Assembly (NCBI GenBank): GCA_039803745.1
Contig: JBDRZD010000004.1
Location: 1-45,409 of the forward strand
From: a candidate division WOR-3 bacterium
GTDB lineage: Bacteria > Hydrothermota > Hydrothermia > Hydrothermales > Hydrothermaceae
Direction: 5' to 3'
DNA: 45,409 bases
Shown here: one piece after another, positions 18,855-28,397 of the stretch
How the letters are laid out: every line of letters begins with the position of its first letter
Position numbering within the stretch: position 1 is the first letter of the stretch
The notes under the pieces: model-generated
Seen by the model: only the letters and a program-made list of their open reading frames with translations
Databases searched by the model: none
What the model was told of the DNA's origin: nothing
Translations under genes and position numbers: made by a program

Positions 18855-19535
18855 TTATAAATTTATATATTTCAAATATTTTTTAATTTTTCTTTTCCTT
18901 ATTAAAATTCCAATGAAGACTCCATATAAAAATCCACCGATATGGGCAAAAAATGCAACTCCTCCTTGAGTATTTATACCAAGTGAGAAAATTCCTGAAA
19001 AAAACTGGATAAAAAACCAGAAAAAAAGAAATAAGAAGGCAGGAACAGGAACTATTTGCCAAAAAAAGAAAAAAGGAACAAGTGTTAAAACCCTTGCAAA
19101 TGGAAAGAATATGAAATAAATTCCAAGAACTCCTGCAATTGCTCCAGATGCACCAATCATAGGTATTTTTGATGAAAAGGAGAATAAAGCCTGTGTTAAA
19201 CTCGCAATAATTCCTGCTGAAAAATAAAATATTAAATAGGAAAAGTGTCCCAATAAGTCTTCAACATTGTCTCCAAAAATATAAAGATATAACATATTCC
19301 CTAAAAAATGAATCCATCCACCATGCAAAAAAATACTTGTAATTAAAGTTTCTAAATTACCTATTGGATTTTTAAAAAAATAGTAAGGAATAAATCCTGA
19401 ACTTAAAAAAAGTTCCTGTAATTTGTTTTTTGGTAAAAGTATTTCATAAAAAAATATAATTGTATTTGCAAAAATTAAAAAATAATTAAATAAAGGAAAC
19501 TTACGAGAAGGAATATTATCTTTTAAGGGAATCAT
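18855..19535 (-). CDS. Rhomboid family intramembrane serine protease
   Basis: MIPLKDNIP start (ATG 19535), FLHGGWIHFLGNM, IGASGAIAG, AHIGGF. Confidence 0.93.
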   Translation of the reverse strand: MIPLKDNIPSRKFPLFNYFLIFANTIIFFYEILLPKNKLQELFLSSGFIPYYFFKNPIGNLETLITSIFLHGGWIHFLGNMLYLYIFGDNVEDLLGHFSYLIFYFSAGIIASLTQALFSFSSKIPMIGASGAIAGVLGIYFIFFPFARVLTLVPFFFFWQIVPVPAFLFLFFWFFIQFFSGIFSLGINTQGGVAFFAHIGGFLYGVFIGILIRKRKIKKYLKYINL

Positions 19536-19544
19536 AATTTGTTT

Positions 19545-19588
19545 ATTATAATTTATATTTTGAAAAATTTTCAAAAAAACTTTATTAT
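19545..19588. promoter_or_regulatory. Overlapping divergent sigma70 promoters (rhomboid / rsmI operon)
   Basis: Plus: TTGAAA(19560-65)-N17-TATTAT(19583-88)-N9-ATG. Minus: TTGAAA(19574-69)-N18-TATAAT(19550-45)-N9-ATG. The two -35 boxes form the palindrome TTTTGAAAA-A-TTTTCAAAA. Confidence 0.6.
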
Positions 19589-19597
19589 TTATATTTT

Positions 19598-20272
19598 ATG
19601 AAGGGTAAACTTTTTGTTGTTTCAACTCCTATTGGAAATTTAAAGGATATTACATTAAGGGCAATTGAAACATTAAAAGAGGTAGATGTTATTCTATGTG
19701 AAGATACAAGAAGAGCTTTAAAACTTTTAAATCATTATGGAATTAAAAAGAAATTAATCTCTTACTTTAAAGGAAAGGAAATTGAAAAAATAAATATTGT
19801 TGAAGATATTTTAAATCAAGGTAAAGATATTGCTTTAATATCAGATAGCGGAACTCCTTGTATTCAGGATCCCGGATTTGTTTTAATAAAAAATTTAAGG
19901 GAAAAAGGATATGAGGTTATTCCAATTCCTGGTCCTTCAAGTTTAACCTGTGCCCTTTCTGTTTCCGGAATATATTCCAACAATTTTTTATTTTTAGGTT
20001 TTTTACCAAAAAGAAATTCAAAAAGAAAGAAAGTTTTAAAAAATGCAAAGGAAATAGGGAAAACATGCATAATTTTTTTATCCCCCCATGAAAAAGAAAA
20101 AGTTTTGCCTCAAATTTTTGAAATTTTTGGAAATAAAAGAGTTTATATAGGAAGGGAATTGACAAAAATTTTTGAAGAGCATTTTTATGGGAATTTAAAG
20201 GATGCATTAGAATGGATAAAGGATAAAAAGGGTGAATTTGTTTTGATAATTGAAGGAAATGGAAAAGTATAA
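19598..20272 (+). CDS. rsmI: 16S rRNA C1402 2'-O-methyltransferase
   Basis: LFVVSTPIGNLKDITLRA, CEDTR, SDSGTPCIQDPG, RELTKIFEE, KGEFVL. Confidence 0.96.
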   Translation: MKGKLFVVSTPIGNLKDITLRAIETLKEVDVILCEDTRRALKLLNHYGIKKKLISYFKGKEIEKINIVEDILNQGKDIALISDSGTPCIQDPGFVLIKNLREKGYEVIPIPGPSSLTCALSVSGIYSNNFLFLGFLPKRNSKRKKVLKNAKEIGKTCIIFLSPHEKEKVLPQIFEIFGNKRVYIGRELTKIFEEHFYGNLKDALEWIKDKKGEFVLIIEGNGKV

Positions 20273-20816
20273 AAAATTTTTGAGCCCTTTTGTTGATTTT
20301 CTTGCACAAAAAAAATTTAAACCTGTTCATTTGACCATAATTGGTCTAATTCTTTCAATAGTTCCTGCTACATTTTATGCCTTAAATTTTTATATCCTTG
20401 CAGGAATATTTCTTATTTTATTCTCCCTTTTTGATACACTCGATGGAGAACTTGCAAGAAAGAAAAATGAGGTTACAAAATTTGGTGGAGTAATTGACTC
20501 AACATTTGATAGAATTTCAGAAGGTTTTATATTTTGCGGAATATTATATTCTTTTAAAGAAAATACATTTGCAATAATTATAATATTTATTTCATTTTTA
20601 TTTTCCTTTATGATAAGTTATGTGAGAGCAAGGGGGGAAGGAGAAAATTTTTCAACAAGAAAAGGACCAATGGAAAGGGCTTTAAGAATTTTATACCTTT
20701 CCTTTTTTTCTTTTTTTGGTAAAAGGATTTTTCTTTATTCCCTCTTTCCCTTTATAATACTTAACTTATTTACTTTTATAAGAAGGATACTTGATTTGAA
20801 GAAAAATTTAATTTAA
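20259..20816 (+). CDS. CDP-alcohol phosphatidyltransferase, probable phosphatidylinositol-phosphate synthase
   Basis: DTLDGELAR...[10 protein letters not shown] signature, plus SYVRARGEG and MERALR resembling PIP/AIP synthases; adjacent to ino1. ATG 20259 preferred over TTG 20250. Confidence 0.8.
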   Translation: MEKYKKFLSPFVDFLAQKKFKPVHLTIIGLILSIVPATFYALNFYILAGIFLILFSLFDTLDGELARKKNEVTKFGGVIDSTFDRISEGFIFCGILYSFKENTFAIIIIFISFLFSFMISYVRARGEGENFSTRKGPMERALRILYLSFFSFFGKRIFLYSLFPFIILNLFTFIRRILDLKKNLI

Positions 20817-20829
20817 AAAGGAGAAAAAA

Positions 20830-21912
20830 ATGGGGAAAATAAGGGTAGCAATAATTGGGGTTGGTAATTGTGCTTCAAGTCTTGTTCAGGGAGTTTATTA
20901 TTATAGGAATGCAAAAGAAGATGAATTTATTCCAGGGATTATGCATGTCAATCTTGGTGGATATCATATAGGAGATATTGAATTTACTCTTGGAATTGAT
21001 ATAGACAAAAATAAGGTTGGTAAAGACCTTGCAGAAGCAATTTATACATGGCCAAACTGCACATATGAGTTCTGTAAAGTTCCAAAACTTGGTGTTCCTG
21101 TGGTTAGAGGAATGACCCATGATGGACTTGGTGAATATTTATCAAAGATAATAGAAAAGGCACCCGGTGAAACTGCTGATATTGTAAGACTTTTAAAAGA
21201 AACAAAAACCGATATAGTTATAAATTTTTTACCGGTTGGTTCTGAAGAGGCAACAAAATGGTATGTTGAGCAGGTTTTAAAGGCTAAATGTGCCTTTTTA
21301 AACTGCATACCTGTTTTTATAGCAAGAGAAAGATACTGGCAAAAAAGATTTGAAGAGGCAGGACTTCCTGTTATAGGGGATGACATAAAATCGCAGGTTG
21401 GAGCAACAATAGTTCATAGGGTTTTAACCCAACTTTTTATAGAAAGGGGTGTTAAACTTGAAAGGACTGCTCAGTTAAATGTTGGTGGAAATACTGATTT
21501 TTTAAATATGCTTGAAAGAAAAAGACTTGAAAGTAAAAAGATTTCAAAGACACAGGCTGTTACTTCTTTACTTCCCTATGATATTGGAGAAGAAAATGTT
21601 TATATAGGACCTTCTGATTATGTTGCATGGCTTAAAGATAGAAAGTGGGCATATATAAGGCTTGAAGGAAGAACATTTGGTGATGTTCCACTTAATATTG
21701 AATTGAAACTTGAAGTTTGGGATTCACCAAATTCAGCAGGAGTTGTTATAGATGCAATAAGATGTTTAAAACTTGCCCTTGATGCAGGATTAAAAGGGGC
21801 AATAGTTGAGCCTTCAGCATACTTTATGAAATCTCCACCGAAACAAATTCCTGATTTTAAAGCAAGGGAACTTTTAGAAAAGTTTATAAAGAATTATGGA
21901 AAAAAGAAATAA
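20830..21912 (+). CDS. ino1: myo-inositol-1(3)-phosphate synthase
   Basis: [56 protein letters not shown]. Confidence 0.96.
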   Translation: MGKIRVAIIGVGNCASSLVQGVYYYRNAKEDEFIPGIMHVNLGGYHIGDIEFTLGIDIDKNKVGKDLAEAIYTWPNCTYEFCKVPKLGVPVVRGMTHDGLGEYLSKIIEKAPGETADIVRLLKETKTDIVINFLPVGSEEATKWYVEQVLKAKCAFLNCIPVFIARERYWQKRFEEAGLPVIGDDIKSQVGATIVHRVLTQLFIERGVKLERTAQLNVGGNTDFLNMLERKRLESKKISKTQAVTSLLPYDIGEENVYIGPSDYVAWLKDRKWAYIRLEGRTFGDVPLNIELKLEVWDSPNSAGVVIDAIRCLKLALDAGLKGAIVEPSAYFMKSPPKQIPDFKARELLEKFIKNYGKKK

Positions 21913-22574
21913 TGGGGAAATGGGGATTTTTTATAACATTTGAAGGAATAGAAGGATCTGGAAAATCAACACTTGCCAATATGCTTTATGAAAAATTAAA
22001 AGTTTATGATTTTCCTGTAGTCTTTACAAGAGAGCCTGGTGGAACAGATGTTGGTGAAAAAATAAGGGAGATAATTTTAAATAAAAATTTTGATATTGAT
22101 CCTTATTCTGAACTTTTCCTTTTCCTTGTTGCAAGAAGGGAAAATGTTAAAAGAATAATAACTCCTGCTTTAAAAGAAGGTAAAATAGTTATATGTGACA
22201 GATTTGATGATTCTACTTTTGCATACCAGGGTTTTGGAAGAAATATCCCTTTAAGGTTTATAACAAGGGTTAATAAACTGATTACCGAGGAAATTAAACC
22301 AAATTTAACATTTTTAATTGATGTTCCTGTAAATATAGGATTTTCAAGAATAAAAAGAGAAGATAGGATTGAGATAGAAAAGACAGACTTTCATGAAAGG
22401 GTGAGGAAAGGTTTCCTCACAATAGCAAAAAGAGCAAAGAAAAGGGTGATAGTTTTAAATGGAGAGGACAATTTAGAAAGAAATATAGAGATATGTGAAG
22501 AAATAACTTTTAGAAGACTTTTAGAAAAAGGGAAATTTGTAAAAAAAATAAAAGAAATAAAGGGGGAGAAATGA
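21912..22574 (+). CDS. tmk: Thymidylate kinase
   Basis: FITFEGIEGSGKST, TREPGGT, ICDRF.DSTFAYQG. Confidence 0.96.
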   Translation: MGKWGFFITFEGIEGSGKSTLANMLYEKLKVYDFPVVFTREPGGTDVGEKIREIILNKNFDIDPYSELFLFLVARRENVKRIITPALKEGKIVICDRFDDSTFAYQGFGRNIPLRFITRVNKLITEEIKPNLTFLIDVPVNIGFSRIKREDRIEIEKTDFHERVRKGFLTIAKRAKKRVIVLNGEDNLERNIEICEEITFRRLLEKGKFVKKIKEIKGEK

Positions 22575-24049
22575 AAAAAATTTTTGTTATAATAATTATT
22601 TTTCTTTTGTTTATCACTCTTTATCCTCCAAAAGGTTTTTCTCAAAAAGAAGGAATCGAAACAAAGTATAAAATTTTGACCCAGGTTTTAAGATATATAA
22701 GGGATAATTATGTTGAAGAAAAAGATATAGGTGAAGTGCTTGAAAATGGTATTGATAGAATGGTTAAGGATCTTGATCCCTATTCAGATCTTTTGACGCC
22801 AAAGGAATGGAAAGAACTTGAAATTTCAACAAGGGGAAAATTTGGGGGAATAGGTATTCAGGTTGATATAAGGGAGAATTTTCCCACTGTAATATCTCCT
22901 ATTGAGGGAACTCCTGCATATAGAGCTAATTTAAGACCGGGTGATAAAATAATAGAAGTAAATGGTGAATCAACAGAGGGATGGACAATTGAAAAAACAG
23001 TTAATACCTTAAGAGGTGAACCAGGAACAGAAGTAAATTTGAAAATAAGAAGAGCAGGAATACAAGAGCCTTTTGATGTGAAGATTATAAGAGAAATAAT
23101 TGAAGTTAAACCAATTGCCTTAGCTGAAATTTTTGAAAAAGATATTGGTTATTTAAGGATAACAAACTTTTCAGAAAACTTAAAAGCAGAGGTTATTTCT
23201 GCACTTGATAGTTTGAAAAATAAAGGAATGAAAAAAATAATCATAGATTTAAGATATAATCCTGGTGGTCTTTTAAATCAGGCAGTTGAACTCTGTGATA
23301 TATTTCTTGAAAAGGATAAAGAAATAGTGTTTACAAAAGGAAGAACAGAGGGGATTCTTGAAAGGTATAAGGCAATAGAAGATAACGGTATTTATGAAAA
23401 AATGCCCCTTGTAGTTTTAATAAATAAAGGTTCTGCATCTGCTTCTGAAATATTTGCAGGTGCAATCCAGGACAATGATAGGGGAATAATAATAGGTGAT
23501 ACATCTTTTGGTAAGGCATCTGTTCAAAGAATCTTTCCACTTGATGCAGGTTATAAATTAAAACTTACAACTGCATTTTATCATCTTCCTTCAGGAAGGC
23601 TCATTCATAAAAAAGATAAACTTTTAGATGTTCAAAAATTCAAGACTTTACATTTAAAAAGGGAAGTTTTAGGCGGGATAGGAATTATTCCTGAAATTAT
23701 AATTCGGGAAAGGGAATTTTCAACATTTTCGCAAACCCTTAGTCTTAAAAATTATTTCTTCAATTTTGCAACTGAATATTATAATAGGACTGGGAAAAGT
23801 GAGGTTACTGAAGAGGTTCTTGAAGAATTCTGGAAGTATATTCTTTCAAAAGAAAAAAATTTAGAGAGAGAAAATTTTGAGAAGGCAAAGGAGGAAATAA
23901 GAATGTTAATTGACATAGAACTATCAGAAAAGAAAAAAGGAATAAAAGGAAGGTATGAAGCCCTCTTGAAATATGATAATGTTTTTAAAAAAGCAATTGA
24001 GATTTTAAAAAAGGCGGAAAAAAGGGATGATGTTTTTTCATCAAAATAA
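22571..24049 (+). CDS. S41 family C-terminal processing peptidase (CtpA/Prc-like) with PDZ domain
   Basis: LDPYS, FGGIGI PDZ loop, DLRYNPGGLL, SASASEI, FGKASVQ Ser/Lys dyad. Confidence 0.94.
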   Translation: MKKIFVIIIIFLLFITLYPPKGFSQKEGIETKYKILTQVLRYIRDNYVEEKDIGEVLENGIDRMVKDLDPYSDLLTPKEWKELEISTRGKFGGIGIQVDIRENFPTVISPIEGTPAYRANLRPGDKIIEVNGESTEGWTIEKTVNTLRGEPGTEVNLKIRRAGIQEPFDVKIIREIIEVKPIALAEIFEKDIGYLRITNFSENLKAEVISALDSLKNKGMKKIIIDLRYNPGGLLNQAVELCDIFLEKDKEIVFTKGRTEGILERYKAIEDNGIYEKMPLVVLINKGSASASEIFAGAIQDNDRGIIIGDTSFGKASVQRIFPLDAGYKLKLTTAFYHLPSGRLIHKKDKLLDVQKFKTLHLKREVLGGIGIIPEIIIREREFSTFSQTLSLKNYFFNFATEYYNRTGKSEVTEEVLEEFWKYILSKEKNLERENFEKAKEEIRMLIDIELSEKKKGIKGRYEALLKYDNVFKKAIEILKKAEKRDDVFSSK

Positions 24050-24055
24050 TTAATT

Positions 24056-25624
24056 ATGATAGTTTTAACTCCTTCTGAGATGAAAATTCTTGATAAAAAG
24101 ACAGATGAAATCTTCGGGCTTCCACTTCTTATCTTAATGGAAAATGCAGGAAGGGGAATTGTAAATTTTATTGAAAGGGAATTTGATAATCTAAAGAAAA
24201 TAACATTTGTATGCGGAAAGGGAAACAATGGAGGAGATGGATTTGTTGCTGCAAGATATTTAAAATTAAAGGGATATGATGTTATTGTCTATGTATTTGG
24301 AGAAAAAGAGGAATATAAGGATGAGGCTCTTTTAAATTTTAATCTTCTTGAAAAAACAGGTTGCGAAATAAGAAAAATTAATGAAAAAAATCTTTTAAAA
24401 TTTGACCTTGCAACAAGCGATTTAACTGTTGATGCTGTTTTTGGAACAGGCTTTAAAGGAAGACTTTCAGAAGATTATAAAGAAATATTTAAAATAATAA
24501 ATGATTATTCTCAAAAAATTCTTTCAATTGATATTCCATCAGGTGTAGATGGTGAAACGGGTGAAGCAGATGAAGATGCAATAAATGCAGATTATACAAT
24601 AACATTTGCTTATCCTAAACTTGGGCATTATCTTTTTCCTGGAAAAATGAAAAGGGGGAGACTCTTTTTATGGGACATAGGTATTCCATATTATTATGCT
24701 GAAGAAGAAGGGTTTAAGAGATATATAATTACATTTGAAGTTGCTTTAAATAATATGCCAAAAAGAATGCCCTATTTTCATAAAGGTGATTGTGGTAAAG
24801 TATTTATAATTTCAGGTTCAAAAGGTTATACAGGTGCTGCCTATTTAACATCCATGGGTGCATTAAGAGCAGGTGCTGGTCTTGTTTTTCTTGCTTTCCC
24901 TGATATATTAGATTGTATATTTGAGACAAAACTGACAGAGGTTATAAAAGTTCCTTTACCTTCGCAGGATGGTTTTATTTCAAAAAAGGCAATTTCAAGT
25001 ATATTTGAAAAACTTGAAAATATGGATGTGTGTGTAATAGGACCGGGAATAGGAAGGAAAGAAGAGATTAAAGAAATAATAGCAAATATTTTAGAAAAAT
25101 GGGATAAAAAACTTATTCTTGATGCTGATGCAATTCCACTTTTAAAAGGAGAGGAGAAGTTAATAAAAGATTATAAAGGTGAACTTGTTTTAACTCCCCA
25201 TCCAGGTGAACTCGGGATTTTTATTGGAGAAAAACCAGAAGAAATAAATAAAAAAAGGGTAGAGATAGCAGAAGAAGTTTCTTTAAAATTAAATAAAATT
25301 TTAGTTTTAAAGGGTGCACCAACTGTTATTTCCTCTAAAGAGGGAACTTATATAAATACAACAGGTAATGATGGGCTTGCAACAGGTGGAACAGGTGATG
25401 TTCTTGTTGGAATGATAGCAGGTCTTTCTGCTCAGGGCATTTCTTTAACAAGTGCCTCAATTTCAGGGGTATTTTTGCATGGTCTATGTGCAGATATTTT
25501 AAAAGATTATAAAACGAATTTCTCAATGATTGCAGGAGATCTATTAGAAATTTTGCCAGAGGCAATAAAGAGGGTTACAGGGTTTAAAGAGAAGAAAAGG
25601 AAAATGCTTACTCCTTTACCATGA
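24056..25624 (+). CDS. nnr: Bifunctional NAD(P)HX epimerase / ADP-dependent dehydratase
   Basis: LMENAG, CGKGNNGGDG, DIPSG, LTPHPGE, LATGGTGDVL. Confidence 0.95.
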   Translation: MIVLTPSEMKILDKKTDEIFGLPLLILMENAGRGIVNFIEREFDNLKKITFVCGKGNNGGDGFVAARYLKLKGYDVIVYVFGEKEEYKDEALLNFNLLEKTGCEIRKINEKNLLKFDLATSDLTVDAVFGTGFKGRLSEDYKEIFKIINDYSQKILSIDIPSGVDGETGEADEDAINADYTITFAYPKLGHYLFPGKMKRGRLFLWDIGIPYYYAEEEGFKRYIITFEVALNNMPKRMPYFHKGDCGKVFIISGSKGYTGAAYLTSMGALRAGAGLVFLAFPDILDCIFETKLTEVIKVPLPSQDGFISKKAISSIFEKLENMDVCVIGPGIGRKEEIKEIIANILEKWDKKLILDADAIPLLKGEEKLIKDYKGELVLTPHPGELGIFIGEKPEEINKKRVEIAEEVSLKLNKILVLKGAPTVISSKEGTYINTTGNDGLATGGTGDVLVGMIAGLSAQGISLTSASISGVFLHGLCADILKDYKTNFSMIAGDLLEILPEAIKRVTGFKEKKRKMLTPLP

Positions 25625-27069
25625 AAATATTACTTTTTTTATTTTCTTTTAATTTAATAGATGAAATTGCTCCTTTTAGGTATGTTTTAAATATAGCAAG
25701 TGATGGGCATAAAGTTTATACTTCTTCACCTTTTGGTATTGCAGAATTTGATTTTTATAGAGGAGATTATGTAAGGGGATACATATTAAATGAAGAAATA
25801 AATGTTATTGCCCCTGATATTTATACAGGTTCAATTTATTTTTCATCCAGAGGCACTCTTTTTAGAATGAATTTGGGTAGCGGTTTTAAAACTTCACTTG
25901 GTAATTTTTTAAATATATCTTCTATTGGAATAACACAAAATGACCTTTACATTGATGAAAAAGGGATTATTAAAATACTGGACAAATTTACAGGAGTGGA
26001 AAAAACTTCAGGTGAAAAAAATATAATTTGGTTTGGCGAAAAGAGAAATTTAAAAAAAGATTCAAAAGAGATATTTTTTCTCTCACCTTATTTTTATTAT
26101 GTTCAAAATTTTGGGAAGGTTGAATATACTGTATTTTTTAAAGAGAAAAATAAAATATTTGCTGGAACATGGGGAGATGGACTCCATGTATATGAAGAGG
26201 GAATTATTATTCCTCAAAAAAAACATAGCATAGGTCCTGCCACTCCTTTAATAACTTTTATGAAAAATACAAGGGAAGGTATATGGATAGTTTCTCGTAA
26301 ATATCTAAATTTTGAAGGACTTACTCAGAGAAGAAATGGTGAATGGATAGTTTATAAAAAAGAAGAGGTTTTTGGTTTACCAGAAGAGAATATAAAAGAT
26401 ATAGAAGAAATGGGAAATAAAATTTATTTTTCCCATTCTGGTGGAATAACTGTTTTTGAAAAAGGGAAATTCTATAAACTAACGGATCCATATTTTTCAA
26501 TAAGGGAAATAAATTCAATGCTTATAAATTATCCAGATATGTGGATAGGAACAGATGATGGAATTTATAGAATTAATCCTGAAACAGGTTCAATTTTATC
26601 CCATTTTTTAGAGAATATTTATGTTGAAGATGTTGAAGAAATAAAAGGTATAATATTTGCAGGAACAGAAAAAGGGCTTTTTTATATAACTCCTGATAAA
26701 GATAAATTTCTGCATTTTTCGGATGAAAAAAATTATTCTATTTCTTATATTTTAAAATTATGTAAAAGAAACGATACTTTAATTGTTGGCTCTTATAACG
26801 GCATCTTCATGATATTTAAAGAAAATGAAAAGTTTAAAGTATTTTATCCATCTCCTTTTCCCTCAAGAGAAATTCTTGATATGAAACTTTATAAGAACTT
26901 TTTATTTGTTGCAAGCCTTGACGGTCTTTTTTATTATGATATTAAAAAAGATTTATGGAAAAGGGGGAATTTTTCAAAAGGTTTTAATGTTTCGGTTCTT
27001 TGCTTGATGACAAAAGATGACACATTATGGGTGGGAACAGATAAGGGGATTTTCTTGTTTAAGTTGTGA
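25621..27069 (+). CDS. Beta-propeller repeat protein (two-component regulator propeller-like), probably exported
   Basis: Repeated blade motifs: IFAGTWGDGL, MWIGTDDGI, IFAGTEKGL, IVGSYNGI, FVASLDGL, LWVGTDKGI; short N-terminal hydrophobic segment. Confidence 0.72.
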   Translation: MKILLFLFSFNLIDEIAPFRYVLNIASDGHKVYTSSPFGIAEFDFYRGDYVRGYILNEEINVIAPDIYTGSIYFSSRGTLFRMNLGSGFKTSLGNFLNISSIGITQNDLYIDEKGIIKILDKFTGVEKTSGEKNIIWFGEKRNLKKDSKEIFFLSPYFYYVQNFGKVEYTVFFKEKNKIFAGTWGDGLHVYEEGIIIPQKKHSIGPATPLITFMKNTREGIWIVSRKYLNFEGLTQRRNGEWIVYKKEEVFGLPEENIKDIEEMGNKIYFSHSGGITVFEKGKFYKLTDPYFSIREINSMLINYPDMWIGTDDGIYRINPETGSILSHFLENIYVEDVEEIKGIIFAGTEKGLFYITPDKDKFLHFSDEKNYSISYILKLCKRNDTLIVGSYNGIFMIFKENEKFKVFYPSPFPSREILDMKLYKNFLFVASLDGLFYYDIKKDLWKRGNFSKGFNVSVLCLMTKDDTLWVGTDKGIFLFKL

Positions 27070-28397
27070 AGGCTAAGATTCTTGTTATAGATGATGAAAA
27101 ATTCTTTTTAGAATCCCTTTTGAATATTTTAAATGAAGAAGGATATGATGCCTTTGGGGCTCCAAATGCTGAAGAAGGAATAAGGTCTTTAAAGGAAAAT
27201 AATCCTGATGTAGTTCTTCTTGATGTTCGCCTTCCTGATGTGGATGGTATAACTTTACTTAAATACATTAAAGAAATAAAAGATATCCCTATAATTATGA
27301 TATCTGCATATGGTACAATAGATATTGCTGTTGAGGCTATAAAAAACGGGGCTCAAGATTTTATAGAAAAGCCATTTGCATGGAAAAGAGCAAGGATAGC
27401 AATAGAAAATGCACTCAAAATAAAAGGTATGGAAATGGAAATAAGCGGTCTTAAAAGTTTCATAGATACGATTCATCCCTTTATAGGGGAAAGTGAAAAA
27501 ATAAAAAAAGTTAAAGAACTTATAGATCTTGTTGCAGCAAAAGATATAAGCGTATTAATAACAGGTGAAACAGGAACAGGTAAAGAGCTTGTTGCAAGAC
27601 TTATACATATTAAATCACAAAGAAGATCTTTCCCCTTTCAAATGATTAACTGTGCCACAATACCCGAGTCTCTTTTTGAATCTGAAATATTTGGATATGA
27701 AAAAGGAGCATTTACAGGTGCTGATAAAAGAAAGATAGGTAAGGCAAAACTTGCTGATGGTGGAACCCTTTTCCTTAACGAAATAAGCGAATTATCAAAA
27801 GAAGCACAGGCAAAACTTTTGAGATTTCTTGAGTATATGGAGTACGAGCCAATTGGAAGCATAAAAACTGAAAAAGTTAATGTAAGAATAATAACAGCAA
27901 CAAATAAAGATCCTGACGAACTTTTAGAAAGAGGAATTTTAAGAGAAGATTTTTTCTATAGAATAAATGGAATTAGAATCCATTTACCTCCCTTAAGGGA
28001 AAGAAAAGAAGATATTCCGCTTCTTTGCGAATATTTTATTAAAAGTTTTTGCGAGTCTAATAATATCATGGTTAAAAAATTAACTCGCAAAGCAATGGAA
28101 ATTTTGATTTCCTATGAATGGCCAGGAAACGTGAGGGAATTAAAAAGTGTTTTAGAAAAGGCTGTTATCCTCTCTGAATCAGAAGAAATAGAAGAAGAAA
28201 ATTTAAAGAATATAATCAAAACACAGGAGAAAAAAACTCTTAGAAAAGCAAGAGAAGAATTTGAGAGGATGTATATACTTGAAACTTTGATAAAAAATGG
28301 ATGGAAGATAGAAAAAACAGCAAAAGAACTCGGTATTTCAAGAAGTCAACTTTTTAGAAAAATTAGAAAACTTAAAATAAATTTTGATTTAAGGTAA
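27066..28397 (+). CDS. Sigma54-dependent (NtrC/NtrX-like) response regulator
   Basis: Receiver domain (VIDDE, LLDVRLP, IEKPF), GETGTGKE, GAFTGA, WPGNVRELK, Fis-type HTH (TAKELGISRSQLFRK). GTG start. Confidence 0.93.
   Translation: MKAKILVIDDEKFFLESLLNILNEEGYDAFGAPNAEEGIRSLKENNPDVVLLDVRLPDVDGITLLKYIKEIKDIPIIMISAYGTIDIAVEAIKNGAQDFIEKPFAWKRARIAIENALKIKGMEMEISGLKSFIDTIHPFIGESEKIKKVKELIDLVAAKDISVLITGETGTGKELVARLIHIKSQRRSFPFQMINCATIPESLFESEIFGYEKGAFTGADKRKIGKAKLADGGTLFLNEISELSKEAQAKLLRFLEYMEYEPIGSIKTEKVNVRIITATNKDPDELLERGILREDFFYRINGIRIHLPPLRERKEDIPLLCEYFIKSFCESNNIMVKKLTRKAMEILISYEWPGNVRELKSVLEKAVILSESEEIEEENLKNIIKTQEKKTLRKAREEFERMYILETLIKNGWKIEKTAKELGISRSQLFRKIRKLKINFDLR

Noticed and set aside
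19558..19576. Palindrome TTTTGAAAA-A-TTTTCAAAA as a transcription-factor operator
   Set aside because: More simply explained by two back-to-back TTGAAA -35 boxes in AT-rich DNA; an operator role cannot be fully excluded.
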